49,808 nucleotides of DNA from Candidatus Saccharimonadota bacterium. GTDB lineage: Bacteria > Patescibacteriota > Saccharimonadia > Saccharimonadales > Saccharimonadaceae. Position numbers and translations under genes: made by a program. The notes beneath the pieces were generated by a model. The model was given only the letters and a program-made list of their open reading frames with translations, was not told where the DNA came from and did no database searches. Location: NCBI GenBank assembly GCA_017404685.1, contig JAFRBW010000007.1, forward strand, positions 1 to 49,808. Reading direction: 5' to 3'. Numbering within the stretch: position 1 is the stretch's first letter; each line of letters begins with the position of its first letter. Shown here piece by piece: positions 8,648 through 19,070 of this stretch.

Positions 8648-9764
8648 AGAGCCTCCTTTGCTCCTTTGCGACGACTTCGTTAATTACACGCGCGGCCTCC
8701 TCTAGCTGCTCCTTGGTGTTGGTCTCACCAAGCGTAAGCCGGAGCGAGCCAGCGATTTCGGAATCAGACAACCCAATGGCTTTTAGAACGTGTGATTTTT
8801 CGCCCTTTGAAGCGGCACAGGCGGCACCAGTTGCCACATAGATTTCGTGATCCTCAAGCAAGAAAACTAAACGTTCTCCATCTATACCATTATAGCACAA
8901 ATTCACGAAATTGTCAAGCTGATGCTTTTTGACGATTAGCTCGTACCCCTGTAAATTGGCTAGCAAAGTACGCTTAAGTTCAGCGTATTTTTTGCGGTTA
9001 CCATTCAGATGCTCTTTTGCTAGTTCTATTGCCTTAGCAAAACCAATCACGCCCGGGACATTCTCGGTGCCAGAGCGAAGACCGTTTTCCTGGCCGCCGC
9101 CAATAATTGCTGGCGAGAGCTTTGCCTCGTGCGAAGCATAGAGCGCGCCGACACCTTTTGGACCGTAGATTTTGGCAGCATTCAGAGTAAGTAAATCTAC
9201 GCCGAGCCGCGCGACACTCACGTCTAGCAAATTGAGTGCCTGTGATGCGTCGGAGTGGAGCAGTAAACGAGTCTTGATACCGCGCCTCAGGCGGTCTAGC
9301 CGCACCTCGCGGATAATCGCTGCGATTTCGGCGAGCGGCTGGATCACGCCAATCTCGCCATTTACAAGCGCCACCGAGATGAGCTCGGTCTCGTCGGTGA
9401 TTTTGGCTTTCAAATCTTCTAGATCAATCAGTCCAGACCGTAGAACCTTGATGGCCACGCCACCACGCTGCTTTGCGACTTCACGAACAGAATCATGCTC
9501 GGTCTCAAGATATAGGACGCGCGAAATGCCGTTAAATGCGAGATTGTTTGCCTCTGTTGCGCCGGCAGTGATAACGAGATCGGCAGCTTTGGCACCAATT
9601 GCGTGTGCGATAGTAGCTTTCGCGGCTTCGTAATCCGCTGCCACTTTTTTAGCCGGCAAATACGCTGCGCTCGGGTTAAAGAAATCATGCGAAAAATACG
9701 GCCTCATCGCCTCAATAACTTTGTCCGACATTGGCGTCGCCGCCGCATGATCCAAATATATCAT
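8640..9764 (-). CDS. iscS: Cysteine desulfurase (IscS/NifS type)
   Basis: MIYLDHAAATP, GATEANN, KIYGPKGVG, RSGTENV and TGAAC motifs; coupled to mnmA. Start is ATG 9764. Confidence 0.9.
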   Translation of the reverse strand: MIYLDHAAATPMSDKVIEAMRPYFSHDFFNPSAAYLPAKKVAADYEAAKATIAHAIGAKAADLVITAGATEANNLAFNGISRVLYLETEHDSVREVAKQRGGVAIKVLRSGLIDLEDLKAKITDETELISVALVNGEIGVIQPLAEIAAIIREVRLDRLRRGIKTRLLLHSDASQALNLLDVSVARLGVDLLTLNAAKIYGPKGVGALYASHEAKLSPAIIGGGQENGLRSGTENVPGVIGFAKAIELAKEHLNGNRKKYAELKRTLLANLQGYELIVKKHQLDNFVNLCYNGIDGERLVFLLEDHEIYVATGAACAASKGEKSHVLKAIGLSDSEIAGSLRLTLGETNTKEQLEEAARVINEVVAKEQRRLYD

Positions 9765-9861
9765 AAGTATATTATAACATATTTTTACAAAAAAGAAAAT
9801 TAGCAAAAATGCCCCATCATCAAAATCCTATGATATAATAAAATAATGATAAGGAGGACCA

Positions 9862-11328
9862 GTGACAAAAAAGTGCTTTGATGCCGAAAAATACCTAAAA
9901 ATCCAAAAGAAAAAAATCAAACAACGCATCGCAATGTTTGACAAACTCTATCTAGAATTCGGCGGCAAGCTGATCGACGACCAACATGCTGCTCGCACTC
10001 TCCCCGGTTTCTTACCAGACCTCAAGATTCGTCTCCTTCAGGAGTTCAAGGACGACGCCGAGGTCATTTTATGTATCAACGCCAGCGCCATCGAAAACTC
10101 CAAAATCCGCGCCGACCACATGATTTCCTACGAGACCGAAGTCCTGCGTTTGATCGAATTCCTGCGCGCCAAGGGCATTTTCGTGAGTAGCGTCGTCATT
10201 ACGATGTTTAATGGCCAGAAAAAAGCCAAAGATTTTGCCGCAAAACTCAAAGATTATAAGGTCAAGACCTATTTTCACACGTTTACCAAAGGCTACCCAA
10301 CCGATGTTGATACCATTGTATCCGACGAAGGCTACGGCGCCAATCCATTCGTCAAGACAGAAAGACCGCTCGTGGTGGTTTCCGCCCCTGGCCCATGCTC
10401 TGGCAAGCTCGCTACGGCGCTCAGCCAGCTTTACCATGAGTCCAAAAACGGCGTTAACGCCGGCTACGCCAAGTTCGAGACTTTTCCAGTCTGGTCTTTG
10501 CCACTCAAACATCCGGTCAACGTCGCCTACGAAGCCGCCACGGCCGATCTTGGCGACGTCAATATGATTGACCATTTTCACCTGGAAAAATACGGCACCA
10601 CCGCCATCAATTACAACCGTGATCTCGAGACTTTCCCAGTTCTAAAGGAGATTCTCCATCGCATCACTGGCAAAGATGTCTATTTCTCCCCTACCGACAT
10701 GGGCGTGAACGTCATCGGCGAATGTATCACCGACGACAAAGCCGTGCAAAGAGCCGCCAAAGACGAAATCATCCGCCGCTACTACCGCGCGCTTACCGAT
10801 CTTAAAAAAGGCATCGTTGCGCCAGAAGTTCCAGAGCGCATCAAGCTTCTCATGAACGAGCTTGGCATTTTGGAACAAGACCGCACAGTCGTTGCCATGG
10901 CCGAAGCAAAGCGTCAAAACTCCGGAAATCTGCCAAGCGCTTCTATCAGTATCGGGAAAAAACACATCACAGGCCGCAAAACCGGCTATCTTTCCCCTGT
11001 TTCTGCCACATTTCTCAATGCACTCAAAGTTATTAATAAAATTCCCGATGAAGTCGATCTCATTGCGCCAGCCGTTCTCGAGCCGATTCTGGAAATCAAA
11101 AACAAAACCAGCAACTTCAAAGAAAGCTACCTGAAACTTGGCGAAGTGTTGATTGCTCTCTCGATTTGTAGCACCACCAATCCAGTCGTGAAAAAACTTC
11201 TTGACAATCTCGATAAGCTCTCTGGTGCTGAACTTCACGCCACCCATATGATTACGGACGACGAAATGGTCGTGCTTTCAAATCTCGGCATCAATGCCAC
11301 TTGCGGTACGGAGATAGATATTAGCTAG
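9862..11328 (+). CDS. DUF1846 family protein
   Basis: KLYLEFGGKL, APGPCSGK, GYAKFETFPVW, HPVNVAYEAATADL, NYNRD and SPTDMGVN motifs. AAGGAGG precedes GTG. Confidence 0.9.
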   Translation: MTKKCFDAEKYLKIQKKKIKQRIAMFDKLYLEFGGKLIDDQHAARTLPGFLPDLKIRLLQEFKDDAEVILCINASAIENSKIRADHMISYETEVLRLIEFLRAKGIFVSSVVITMFNGQKKAKDFAAKLKDYKVKTYFHTFTKGYPTDVDTIVSDEGYGANPFVKTERPLVVVSAPGPCSGKLATALSQLYHESKNGVNAGYAKFETFPVWSLPLKHPVNVAYEAATADLGDVNMIDHFHLEKYGTTAINYNRDLETFPVLKEILHRITGKDVYFSPTDMGVNVIGECITDDKAVQRAAKDEIIRRYYRALTDLKKGIVAPEVPERIKLLMNELGILEQDRTVVAMAEAKRQNSGNLPSASISIGKKHITGRKTGYLSPVSATFLNALKVINKIPDEVDLIAPAVLEPILEIKNKTSNFKESYLKLGEVLIALSICSTTNPVVKKLLDNLDKLSGAELHATHMITDDEMVVLSNLGINATCGTEIDIS

Positions 11329-11343
11329 GCAAATAGCGCCACA

Positions 11344-11781
11344 CTAGTTAGCCGGCACAAACACGATGCTTTCATTCAAGATGAGCTCCGGCTCATCTTG
11401 AGATAGCACGTAAGAAAACTCGTCTTCAAGGTTGTGCAGCCACTCTGTCTCAACTTCTAGCTTATCGCCACTAATCGCCCAGATAAAATCGTAGTCATTC
11501 GTGTGCGCATTGGTCGTGAGCGTTCCCTTTCCCACCTCTGTAAACTGCCAAATCACGCTTGGTTGATCTTTCCTCGTCCATGTTCCAATTTCTACCAAAT
11601 ATTCCGCATCGCGAAGTCCCGGTTCTGTGAACAAATTCACCAAGAAAAACGTGAGGCCAGCCACTGATGTCACCATGCCAAGACAAAATACAATAATTCC
11701 AACTTTTTTCTTGCCAGACTTTGATTCTGGGCTAGGCTTTTCCTCTACTTTTATCTCAATTTTGGTTTTTTCTTCATCCAT
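11344..11781 (-). CDS. Membrane-anchored hypothetical protein
   Basis: Single N-terminal TM helix followed by a beta-rich domain; TACAAT-N6-ATG start. Confidence 0.75.
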   Translation of the reverse strand: MDEEKTKIEIKVEEKPSPESKSGKKKVGIIVFCLGMVTSVAGLTFFLVNLFTEPGLRDAEYLVEIGTWTRKDQPSVIWQFTEVGKGTLTTNAHTNDYDFIWAISGDKLEVETEWLHNLEDEFSYVLSQDEPELILNESIVFVPAN

Positions 11782-11805
11782 AATCTTATTGTATCACAAA
11801 ACCAG

Positions 11806-12192
11806 CTAGCTATACATTTTTTCCTTCACAAGTTCGTAATACATTTTAGCGGCATTCACAAAATTATCCAGTTCGCGCCCGCCCAGTCGTTCATAGGTTC
11901 CGCCCTGTGGTTTTTTATAAACCCCGTCCGGCCGCACCTCATACCGAATCGTCACATCTTGCGCTAGGCCATTCTTGTTCTTCCAGCTCTCATGCCACAC
12001 CCACACATTGCTCCGATGCATAAAAAACTCGCGCCGATGCCCCTCTGGAATCGGCCCAAAAATCGTCCGGCCATACTCGCTCTCCGCATTCACGAGTTCA
12101 TCGTAAGAGAGCTTGTTGGAATACTGCTCCCCCAAGATTTTTTGCCTCATCACCGGCAGATTGAACACGTCTAAGAGTTTCTTTGTCGGCAT
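11806..12192 (-). CDS. Conserved hypothetical protein (Saccharibacteria-type)
   Basis: AESEYGRTIFGPIPEGHRREFF...WVWHE...RYEVRPDGVYK. GAGGAG RBS. Confidence 0.75.
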   Translation of the reverse strand: MPTKKLLDVFNLPVMRQKILGEQYSNKLSYDELVNAESEYGRTIFGPIPEGHRREFFMHRSNVWVWHESWKNKNGLAQDVTIRYEVRPDGVYKKPQGGTYERLGGRELDNFVNAAKMYYELVKEKMYS

Positions 12193-12320
12193 TTTTCAAT
12201 CTCCTCGGCGATCGTATTTAGCTCTTTGACCGCCTTGAGTTGTGCTTTTATCTCTTCAAAACTATATGCCGGCATCCTGGCAAACTCTGGGATTTCAAAT
12301 TCTGAAGAGGTTTTCGACAT
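12171..12320 (-). CDS. Putative 49-aa small protein (MSKTSSEFEIPEFARMPAYSFEEIKAQLKAVKELNTIAEEIEKCRQRNS)
   Basis: Read manually. It bridges the gap between tatD and the next gene and overlaps both; AGGAG lies upstream. Confidence 0.45.
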   Translation of the reverse strand: MSKTSSEFEIPEFARMPAYSFEEIKAQLKAVKELNTIAEEIEKCRQRNS

Positions 12321-13029
12321 TCCTAGTGGTCTCCTGCTCAATTTTAGCAAAATCCTCGCCTAGTTTCTCGCTTAGCCACTCGGCAATATTGCGAATATAG
12401 GCTGGTTCATTTATTATACCACGAAATGGCACAGGCGTCAAGAAAGGTGCATCCGTCTCTAGCAAAATCCTCTCTAGCGGCGGCGTCGGCAAAGTCGAAT
12501 ACGTCGCCAGGCCATTCACCCCCACATAAAAGTCCGTCGTCTCAAGAATCCGCTTCAGAACTTTCTTGCTATCCGTAAATGAATGCACCACTCCGCGCAC
12601 ATTCGGAAAGTTTTCTATCACCGCAAAGAAATCCGAAAACGCATTCCGCACATGAAACGACAGCGGCAAATCATTATCCATGGCAAGCTGCAGCATCTCT
12701 TCAAACAGCCTAATCTGTGCATCCCGAAAATACCCCTCGGAATGATAATCTAGTCCAACTTCGCCAATGGCTACAGGGAGATGCTCTTTTGGTAGCACAA
12801 AGTCCACTCCACCCGCTTTAGTAGTTTCTTCCGGATGCACGCCGTAAGTCCAATAAACATTCTTATGCGCCGCCGCAAAATCCCTCGCCGCCAGCGAATC
12901 CAACGGGTCGGTTCCGATGCAGACGATCTTCTCCACGCCGTTCTTTTGCGCGTTCATAAGCATCGTCTCCGCCTGCTCCTCCGAGAAAAACTGCCTATCG
13001 TGCAAATGACAATGCGAATCAATTAGCAC
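12295..13029 (-). CDS. tatD: TatD family deoxyribonuclease
   Basis: [26 protein letters not shown] and ETDAPFL motifs. The GTG start overlaps the typA stop. Confidence 0.93.
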   Translation of the reverse strand: MLIDSHCHLHDRQFFSEEQAETMLMNAQKNGVEKIVCIGTDPLDSLAARDFAAAHKNVYWTYGVHPEETTKAGGVDFVLPKEHLPVAIGEVGLDYHSEGYFRDAQIRLFEEMLQLAMDNDLPLSFHVRNAFSDFFAVIENFPNVRGVVHSFTDSKKVLKRILETTDFYVGVNGLATYSTLPTPPLERILLETDAPFLTPVPFRGIINEPAYIRNIAEWLSEKLGEDFAKIEQETTRNVENLFRI

Positions 13030-14836
13030 GGTTCTCTCGCTTCCGCTTAATTGGATCAAGCTGCCGCTTGCGAAGCCGCAAGGATTTCGGCGTCACCTCT
13101 AGGAGCTCATCGTCTAGCAAGAAATCCAGGCACTGTTCCAGCGAAAGTTGAGTGTATGGCGTCAGTTGAATCGCGCCGTCCGAAGCATGCGTCCGCATAT
13201 TGGTGAGCTGTTTTTCGCGACAAACATTGATATCCAGATCTTCTTTCTTATTGGAAAGTCCCACAATCATCCCCTGATAGACTGGCACCTGCGGCGGTAT
13301 ATATAACACGCCCCGCGCCTGCGCGCCATCTAGCGCATAGGCCGTAGAAACGCCAGACTCGGAGGCAATCAGCGCCCCATTTCTCTCTGGACGATATTTT
13401 CCCTCCACCGGCCGATATCCAGACGGAATCGAAGACATGATCACCGTACCTTTGGTAGCAGTCAATAGATTGTTGCGTAGCCCGATTAGAGCCGCCGTCG
13501 AAATCTCATACACAAACCGCGTTGCGCCGGTTGTTGTAAGCTCTTGAGATTTTAGTTCAGCCTTACGCACGCCCAACTCTTGAGATACTGCACCTACAAA
13601 CTCCGGTGCCACTTCTATCGTCAGAGATTCAATCGGCTCCGATTTCACGCCGTCAATCTCACGATATACCACTTCCGGCCGCCCCGCCTCTAGCTCGTAG
13701 CCTTCGCGCCTCATTGTTTCAATCAAAACCGAAAGATGCAGCTCTCCCCGCCCAGAAACTTTATAACCCAGCCCATCCGGCTGCAGCTTCAAAGCAATAT
13801 TTGTTTCTAGTTCTTTCTCAAGCCGCTCCGCAATCTGCCGCGAAGTCGTAAACTCACCCTCGCGCCCCTTTAGTGGCGACGTATTTGGCCCAATATAAAT
13901 AGACAGCGTTGGTGCCTCCAGCTCGATTGTCGGTAGCGCCTCCGGATTATCACCCGTCGCAATCGTATCGCCAATGTTTGCCTCGGAAACTCCGGTAATA
14001 GCCACAATATCGCCAGCAATCGCTTCTTGTACCTCTTCCCTACCTAAACCTTTATAAATAAACAAGTTTTCAATCTTAGCATTCTTTATAGTATTTTCGT
14101 GCAAAATCTTCACACTTTGACCCTTTTTCAGCCGACCGCGGAAGATTTTCCCGATGCAATACTTCCCAAGATAATTATCTGCCGCGAGCGCCGCCACCAG
14201 AAGTTGCGCGTTCGAAGCATCCGCATCCACCGAAGGCGCCGGAATATCATTAATAATAGCGTCAAAAATCACGTGGAGATCATCGTCAAGCTCCGTCGTT
14301 TTTCCAGCCCGCCCCTCTCGCGCGATCGCATAATATACCGGATAATTCAGCTGTGACTCGTCCGTAGCAAGTTCCAGGAACAAACTCTCCACTTCGCCTA
14401 GCACTTCTTCAATACGCGCCGCCGACTTGTCGATCTTATTAATCACCACCACCGGCTTCAGCCCCAGCGACAGCGCTTTCGACAGCACGAACTTTGTCTG
14501 CGGCATCGGCCCTTCCTGCGCATCCACAATCAGGAGTACGCCATCCGCCATGTTGAGCGTTCTTTCTACCTCTCCAGAAAAATCCGCGTGTCCCGGCGTA
14601 TCAATAATATTAATCTTATAGCCATCATAATACACGCAAGTCTGCTTCGCGGTAATTGTAATCCCTCGCTCGTGCTCCTGATCCATAGAATCCATGATCA
14701 GAGTCTGCTGCATTTCCGCCTGATTATCCCGAAAAGTATGCGACTGCTTCAAAAGCCCATCCACCAGCGTAGTCTTGCCGTGGTCGACGTGCGCAATAAT
14801 CGCTACATTGCGAATTAAATCTTTATTCAAAATCAT
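13019..14836 (-). CDS. typA: Translational GTPase TypA/BipA
   Basis: [40 protein letters not shown] and KQLTNMR motifs. Start is ATG 14836. Confidence 0.97.
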   Translation of the reverse strand: MILNKDLIRNVAIIAHVDHGKTTLVDGLLKQSHTFRDNQAEMQQTLIMDSMDQEHERGITITAKQTCVYYDGYKINIIDTPGHADFSGEVERTLNMADGVLLIVDAQEGPMPQTKFVLSKALSLGLKPVVVINKIDKSAARIEEVLGEVESLFLELATDESQLNYPVYYAIAREGRAGKTTELDDDLHVIFDAIINDIPAPSVDADASNAQLLVAALAADNYLGKYCIGKIFRGRLKKGQSVKILHENTIKNAKIENLFIYKGLGREEVQEAIAGDIVAITGVSEANIGDTIATGDNPEALPTIELEAPTLSIYIGPNTSPLKGREGEFTTSRQIAERLEKELETNIALKLQPDGLGYKVSGRGELHLSVLIETMRREGYELEAGRPEVVYREIDGVKSEPIESLTIEVAPEFVGAVSQELGVRKAELKSQELTTTGATRFVYEISTAALIGLRNNLLTATKGTVIMSSIPSGYRPVEGKYRPERNGALIASESGVSTAYALDGAQARGVLYIPPQVPVYQGMIVGLSNKKEDLDINVCREKQLTNMRTHASDGAIQLTPYTQLSLEQCLDFLLDDELLEVTPKSLRLRKRQLDPIKRKRENRAN

Positions 14837-14864
14837 AACGACAATTATACCATAATTTCGAAAT

Positions 14865-14894
14865 AAAAACAACCAGTTTTCACTGGCTGTTTTT
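14865..14894 (-). terminator. Intrinsic terminator of the surface-protein gene
   Basis: Minus strand AAAAACAGCCAGT-GAAA-ACTGGTTGTTTTT. Confidence 0.75.
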
Positions 14895-14906
14895 ATGCGT
14901 TCTTGT

Positions 14907-16838
14907 CTAGCGTTTGAAGAGTCTTTTATCAATCATAATCACCAGCACCGAAGCCACCGCCACGGCAGAAATCAACGCCATCATCTTCACGCTCATTGAC
15001 GCCGACATCATTTCGGTCGTTTCACCAGTGTCTGGGGTTGCCACTGTCCGCGAGGCAATCGCGTAGTTCGAGAAGCTCGAAGTCATGAACGAAATCGTAT
15101 TCGTTTCCGCATCGTAAATCGTCTCAATAATTTCATAAGTCCCATCATGTTTTTCGTGCACAATCACAATCTCATTTCCGTCCACGCCATCTTCAAGCTG
15201 CAAAGTAATCATCGCAGGCTCGTTCAAATCGCTAATCCGTTCGTTCCAAGAATCCTCATCTGTTCCCGTGCAAGTCTCCGCCCCACGACAAGTCATATTG
15301 TAAAGCGAAATATCCAAGTAATTCTTTATCTCATAATCTCCTGCCGCCTCTTCGAACGCCGCAATGTTGTCATCACTTAGCTCCACGTCCGCGACATCAA
15401 GCCTCGCCGAACCATGTGTCAAAGTCGTTTGGTCGTCGCCAAGCTCAATCGAACCGCTCGTCACCAAATCCGTTTTCGCATTCACCGTGTCTTCTACCGG
15501 CACCACATCAGCCACGAAATATGCTGCCCCGCCCGGCACCTCAAACGTAAACTCCCCCACACCATTTTCCGAAGTCGTGAGCTCGCTCATATTCACGTTC
15601 ATCACTTGATATCCATAATCTGGCACAATCCGCATAGTGATAAACGCCCCCGCCGGAATCACCAGCGATCCGTCATCGTAATCTTCGTTCCCAGCGTAAA
15701 ACTCCACATATGGTACGCTACAATCTTCATCTTCCAGACTACAACTATTCACATCATCCGGATTATTGGCCGACCACCATTTGCAAGTTCCAGTATCCAC
15801 ATTACAAGCATAATTTACCCCGCCAACTTCGTAGAAAATCTCCACGAGCGTCAACGACGCGTTCCCGATATAATCCCTCCCTGGAATCTTATCGCCATTC
15901 TCATCTAGGATATATTCGCAAACTACCTCATCATTCTCGTCAAAGAAACAATTCCGCTCCCACTTTTGCGCTGGGTCCGCCGTCCAAAGGAAGTTCCCAA
16001 TAAACTGGTCTTCATTTCTCTCTACATCCACGCTGATCTCGTAAACATCATTTTTGGCGACATTCTCAATCGTAAAACTCACAATCTGCCCAGCATAATG
16101 ATCTAGATAGTCTACCTTATCGCTATAATCAACATAATCCGACACATTATAGGCTGTACCATTAATCGTAATCGCCCCATTAAACTTAAGATGCCATAGC
16201 GTCGCAAACATGAAATCTACCGTCGTATCTTCATTATCGCTATCATACCAATAAGTCGCTTCGCTATAATCCTCACCTTCCACAGCGTCCTCCGGCATCA
16301 TCTGATAAAGCCACCCATCATTGATCGCAAACGTTGTCTCCGTATAGTCGCCCTCGCCACTCAGCCTAATCGTCGCTTCGGTATTCCCCGGAGCCGGCCC
16401 CGGCTCATCACTGAATACAAAATCCATATCATACGTCTCATTGGCCTGCATATTTTCTATCGCGTGAGTATTATTTACTAGCTCCACTTCATACCCACCG
16501 ACATACAGCCGCGCATTAGCCGTAGCCGTGAGTGTAACCGCCTCATCCTTCGTATAAATAATCAACATCTCCCCAACATGGTCGCCAAAGTTCCAGTTCT
16601 GGTCAAGCTCCACCGTCGGTTGCTCCGTAAACCCAGTCACTGCTACCTCGCCGCCCTCGTAGGCAAAAGTATAATTCAATCCATCATTCGCAAAAGCCGT
16701 CGCTCCACGCATCAAAATCCGCGCATATTCTTCCTGATTGTCAATCGCGCTCGCCCTTAGCATCGGCACGAGATTTGCCGCTACGAGCATCATAACAGCG
16801 CAAACGCTTACAATCCGCTTCATCATTTTACCCATCAT
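14907..16838 (-). CDS. Acidic secreted surface protein with a C-terminal TPDTG-TM-basic sorting signal
   Basis: Signal peptide, D/E-rich beta region, ISFMTSSFSNYAI and TPDTG, then a hydrophobic helix and KRLFKR. Confidence 0.8.
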   Translation of the reverse strand: MMGKMMKRIVSVCAVMMLVAANLVPMLRASAIDNQEEYARILMRGATAFANDGLNYTFAYEGGEVAVTGFTEQPTVELDQNWNFGDHVGEMLIIYTKDEAVTLTATANARLYVGGYEVELVNNTHAIENMQANETYDMDFVFSDEPGPAPGNTEATIRLSGEGDYTETTFAINDGWLYQMMPEDAVEGEDYSEATYWYDSDNEDTTVDFMFATLWHLKFNGAITINGTAYNVSDYVDYSDKVDYLDHYAGQIVSFTIENVAKNDVYEISVDVERNEDQFIGNFLWTADPAQKWERNCFFDENDEVVCEYILDENGDKIPGRDYIGNASLTLVEIFYEVGGVNYACNVDTGTCKWWSANNPDDVNSCSLEDEDCSVPYVEFYAGNEDYDDGSLVIPAGAFITMRIVPDYGYQVMNVNMSELTTSENGVGEFTFEVPGGAAYFVADVVPVEDTVNAKTDLVTSGSIELGDDQTTLTHGSARLDVADVELSDDNIAAFEEAAGDYEIKNYLDISLYNMTCRGAETCTGTDEDSWNERISDLNEPAMITLQLEDGVDGNEIVIVHEKHDGTYEIIETIYDAETNTISFMTSSFSNYAIASRTVATPDTGETTEMMSASMSVKMMALISAVAVASVLVIMIDKRLFKR

Positions 16839-16933
16839 ATCTCCTATTACTTATAAAACCATTATAGCATTATAAAACCCACATTTCAAGCACTTTTTCG
16901 CCATCATAACCCATCCCGATAACAGATATAAAA

Positions 16934-16962
16934 TTGACAAAAATCCCAAAGTGTGCTATAAT
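16934..16962 (+). promoter_or_regulatory. Consensus sigma70 promoter of the small protein gene
   Basis: TTGACA-17 nt (ending TGC)-TATAAT, with ATG 8 nt downstream. Confidence 0.8.
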
Positions 16963-16970
16963 GAAAAGAT

Positions 16971-17171
16971 ATGGCACAAAACAAACATCCAAAATACGGC
17001 TTCTATGAACCAGAACGTTGTTGGGTTGGTGAGACCCACAAAATTTGCTATAGCACCAAAGAAGAAGCCGAGCTCGCTGCCCGCGTCGCCGAATACGATC
17101 ATCATATGACCACCAAACTAGGCGTCTATAAATGCGAATACGGCGACCACTGGCATCTCACCGCCGCATAA
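16971..17171 (+). CDS. 66-aa hypothetical protein, possibly Zn-binding
   Basis: C...K.CY.T..EA...YKC...DHWHLT pattern; has its own strong promoter. Confidence 0.75.
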   Translation: MAQNKHPKYGFYEPERCWVGETHKICYSTKEEAELAARVAEYDHHMTTKLGVYKCEYGDHWHLTAA

Positions 17172-17172
17172 A

Positions 17173-18924
17173 CTACATTCTTCCAGTATCCGGCGCTTTT
17201 GGCACAAACTCCAACTCTGGTTCATCAAGCGTCTCAATCACCACATCAACCATTTCTCCCCTTCGCGTCTCACTCAATGCTACCAGCCGCAAAGTATTTT
17301 CGCGCCCACGCTCCAGGTCGCCCACAATCACAAAATCATCCTCACATATCCCTAAAATCGCTTCATTCAAAATCACTAGTGCCCGCCCGCCGCTACTTTC
17401 AAATTCCACGCGCACATTGTCGCCATCATCCACCACGCGCGTCACTTCAATTTCTGGCACATCTTCATCACCATATCCCCAGTCCTCCACTCTCGGCAGA
17501 GAGTCGTACCGCGCCACTATATAATCAGTCAAAGATATTTCATCCACGCCAATCACCGCCACGCGCCCATCCGTCCGCTCGGTCATTTCCTCGTAATACG
17601 AAACTACATCGCCACGCGTTATTACGTAAATATTCACCGGATCAATCATTTTTGAAAGCGCCACTACTTGATCGAGCGTTGTTCCGTCCAAATCCGGATT
17701 GTGATAAGAAGCGTCAGTCAATATCACGAGCGATTTTGTTGCTCCCACTCGCCACTCTAGCTCGTTCATCGCTGTTAGTGCTGCATTTAAATCCGACTCT
17801 GGCCAATCACCACCATCCTTGATGTTCTCTGCCCGAACCGCATTTAACTTACTTTCAAATATCTCATAGGTACAATCATCAAAACCACAATGTAAGTTCG
17901 GATAATAGCCCTGCCTCACATCTTTAAAATCATAGAGTGCCACTCGCCCGCCGGCATCAAGCGTCTCTTTTGCAAGCCGTAGGGCTTCTTTTATATATTT
18001 ATTAATTATATTCTCCATCGACCCGGTAGAATCAATCAGAAACACCGTATCATGTGCAGACACATATTGTCCCTCCACATCAAACGTATCCGCGATTTTG
18101 TTCACGATGACCTTCCCGACATCATCATAAATATGCTCAGATACATACGCCGTGTGGCTAGATACACTAAAATACGACGAGCAAAAAATATCATATTTAT
18201 TGCACCAAGTCCCCAGCTTTTTGCTATATCCTTCTGGCTGATACGGCTGGTAACTCCCAAGCAGCCCTTCATACGCATAGCAATCTGGTACATACGCACG
18301 GTATTCTGACAAATTTTCGTTCTTGCACGCCGCCGGAATCGCGCCAGTTTTCAAATAATTTTTCCCCACGCCAAAGAGCGACGACCCAAACCACGCCTTC
18401 CCCTCCGGCAGGTAGATTTTCGGATCTCCTATCGTTGCCGCAAAGATAATCTTGTCTGGATTCAGGCTATGTATCGCCCTGGAAACCACCATCGCACCTT
18501 GCGAATATCCTGCAATCACGTATTTTGTCTCCGCACACGTCCCGCCGTTAATCTCCGCCATCAAATTCCTCACTCCAGTATCCACGCTTTTTCCAAATTC
18601 GTAACTATCGCCCGCCCCCGCGTAGGTCCCAACCAGAACGTCGAGCGCGCCGATTCCAATCGCCGGATAGTCCAGGTCCAAAAACTCATACGTCACCCCA
18701 TCAAAAGTCATTTTGTTTTCAATCTCATTTTTGAACGCCAAATAATTTTGGTCCGTCCATCTCTCCCCTCCGCTCCCCCGCGCAAAAATAATTTTCACAT
18801 CCGGGCAGCTCGCCGCACTTACCGCCGGCGCTTTCATTGTGCATATTGCTGCCGCCGTGAGCATAATTACCGCGGCAAGAACCCTCACTTTTGGTTTGAT
18901 AATTTTGCGTAATTTTTTTGGCAT
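17173..18924 (-). CDS. Secreted cutinase-like alpha/beta hydrolase fused to a vWA domain
   Basis: CPDVKIIFARGSG, YPA, GYSQG nucleophile, GDP and C...DIFC...H; vWA MIDAS DSTGS, GGD.PES and LTDA. GGAGG precedes ATG 18924. Confidence 0.85.
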   Translation of the reverse strand: MPKKLRKIIKPKVRVLAAVIMLTAAAICTMKAPAVSAASCPDVKIIFARGSGGERWTDQNYLAFKNEIENKMTFDGVTYEFLDLDYPAIGIGALDVLVGTYAGAGDSYEFGKSVDTGVRNLMAEINGGTCAETKYVIAGYSQGAMVVSRAIHSLNPDKIIFAATIGDPKIYLPEGKAWFGSSLFGVGKNYLKTGAIPAACKNENLSEYRAYVPDCYAYEGLLGSYQPYQPEGYSKKLGTWCNKYDIFCSSYFSVSSHTAYVSEHIYDDVGKVIVNKIADTFDVEGQYVSAHDTVFLIDSTGSMENIINKYIKEALRLAKETLDAGGRVALYDFKDVRQGYYPNLHCGFDDCTYEIFESKLNAVRAENIKDGGDWPESDLNAALTAMNELEWRVGATKSLVILTDASYHNPDLDGTTLDQVVALSKMIDPVNIYVITRGDVVSYYEEMTERTDGRVAVIGVDEISLTDYIVARYDSLPRVEDWGYGDEDVPEIEVTRVVDDGDNVRVEFESSGGRALVILNEAILGICEDDFVIVGDLERGRENTLRLVALSETRRGEMVDVVIETLDEPELEFVPKAPDTGRM

Positions 18925-18950
18925 AAAATCCTCCATTTAATTAGTGCTGT

Positions 18951-18996
18951 ATTATAGTCACATTTCACTAAAAAAATCAACCCCCCACCCAAAAAT
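18951..18996 (-). repeat. Direct repeat copy 1 (promoter cassette)
   Basis: Matches 20753-20799 with 2 substitutions and 1 indel. Minus strand reads GGGTGGGGGG-TTGATT-18-TATAAT. Confidence 0.85.
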
Positions 18997-19070
18997 TGTA
19001 AAATAACAGGGGCGACAGAACCTCCTATTTTCTCGTGGGATATGCTATAATTAATAAAACTGGAGGAGTT

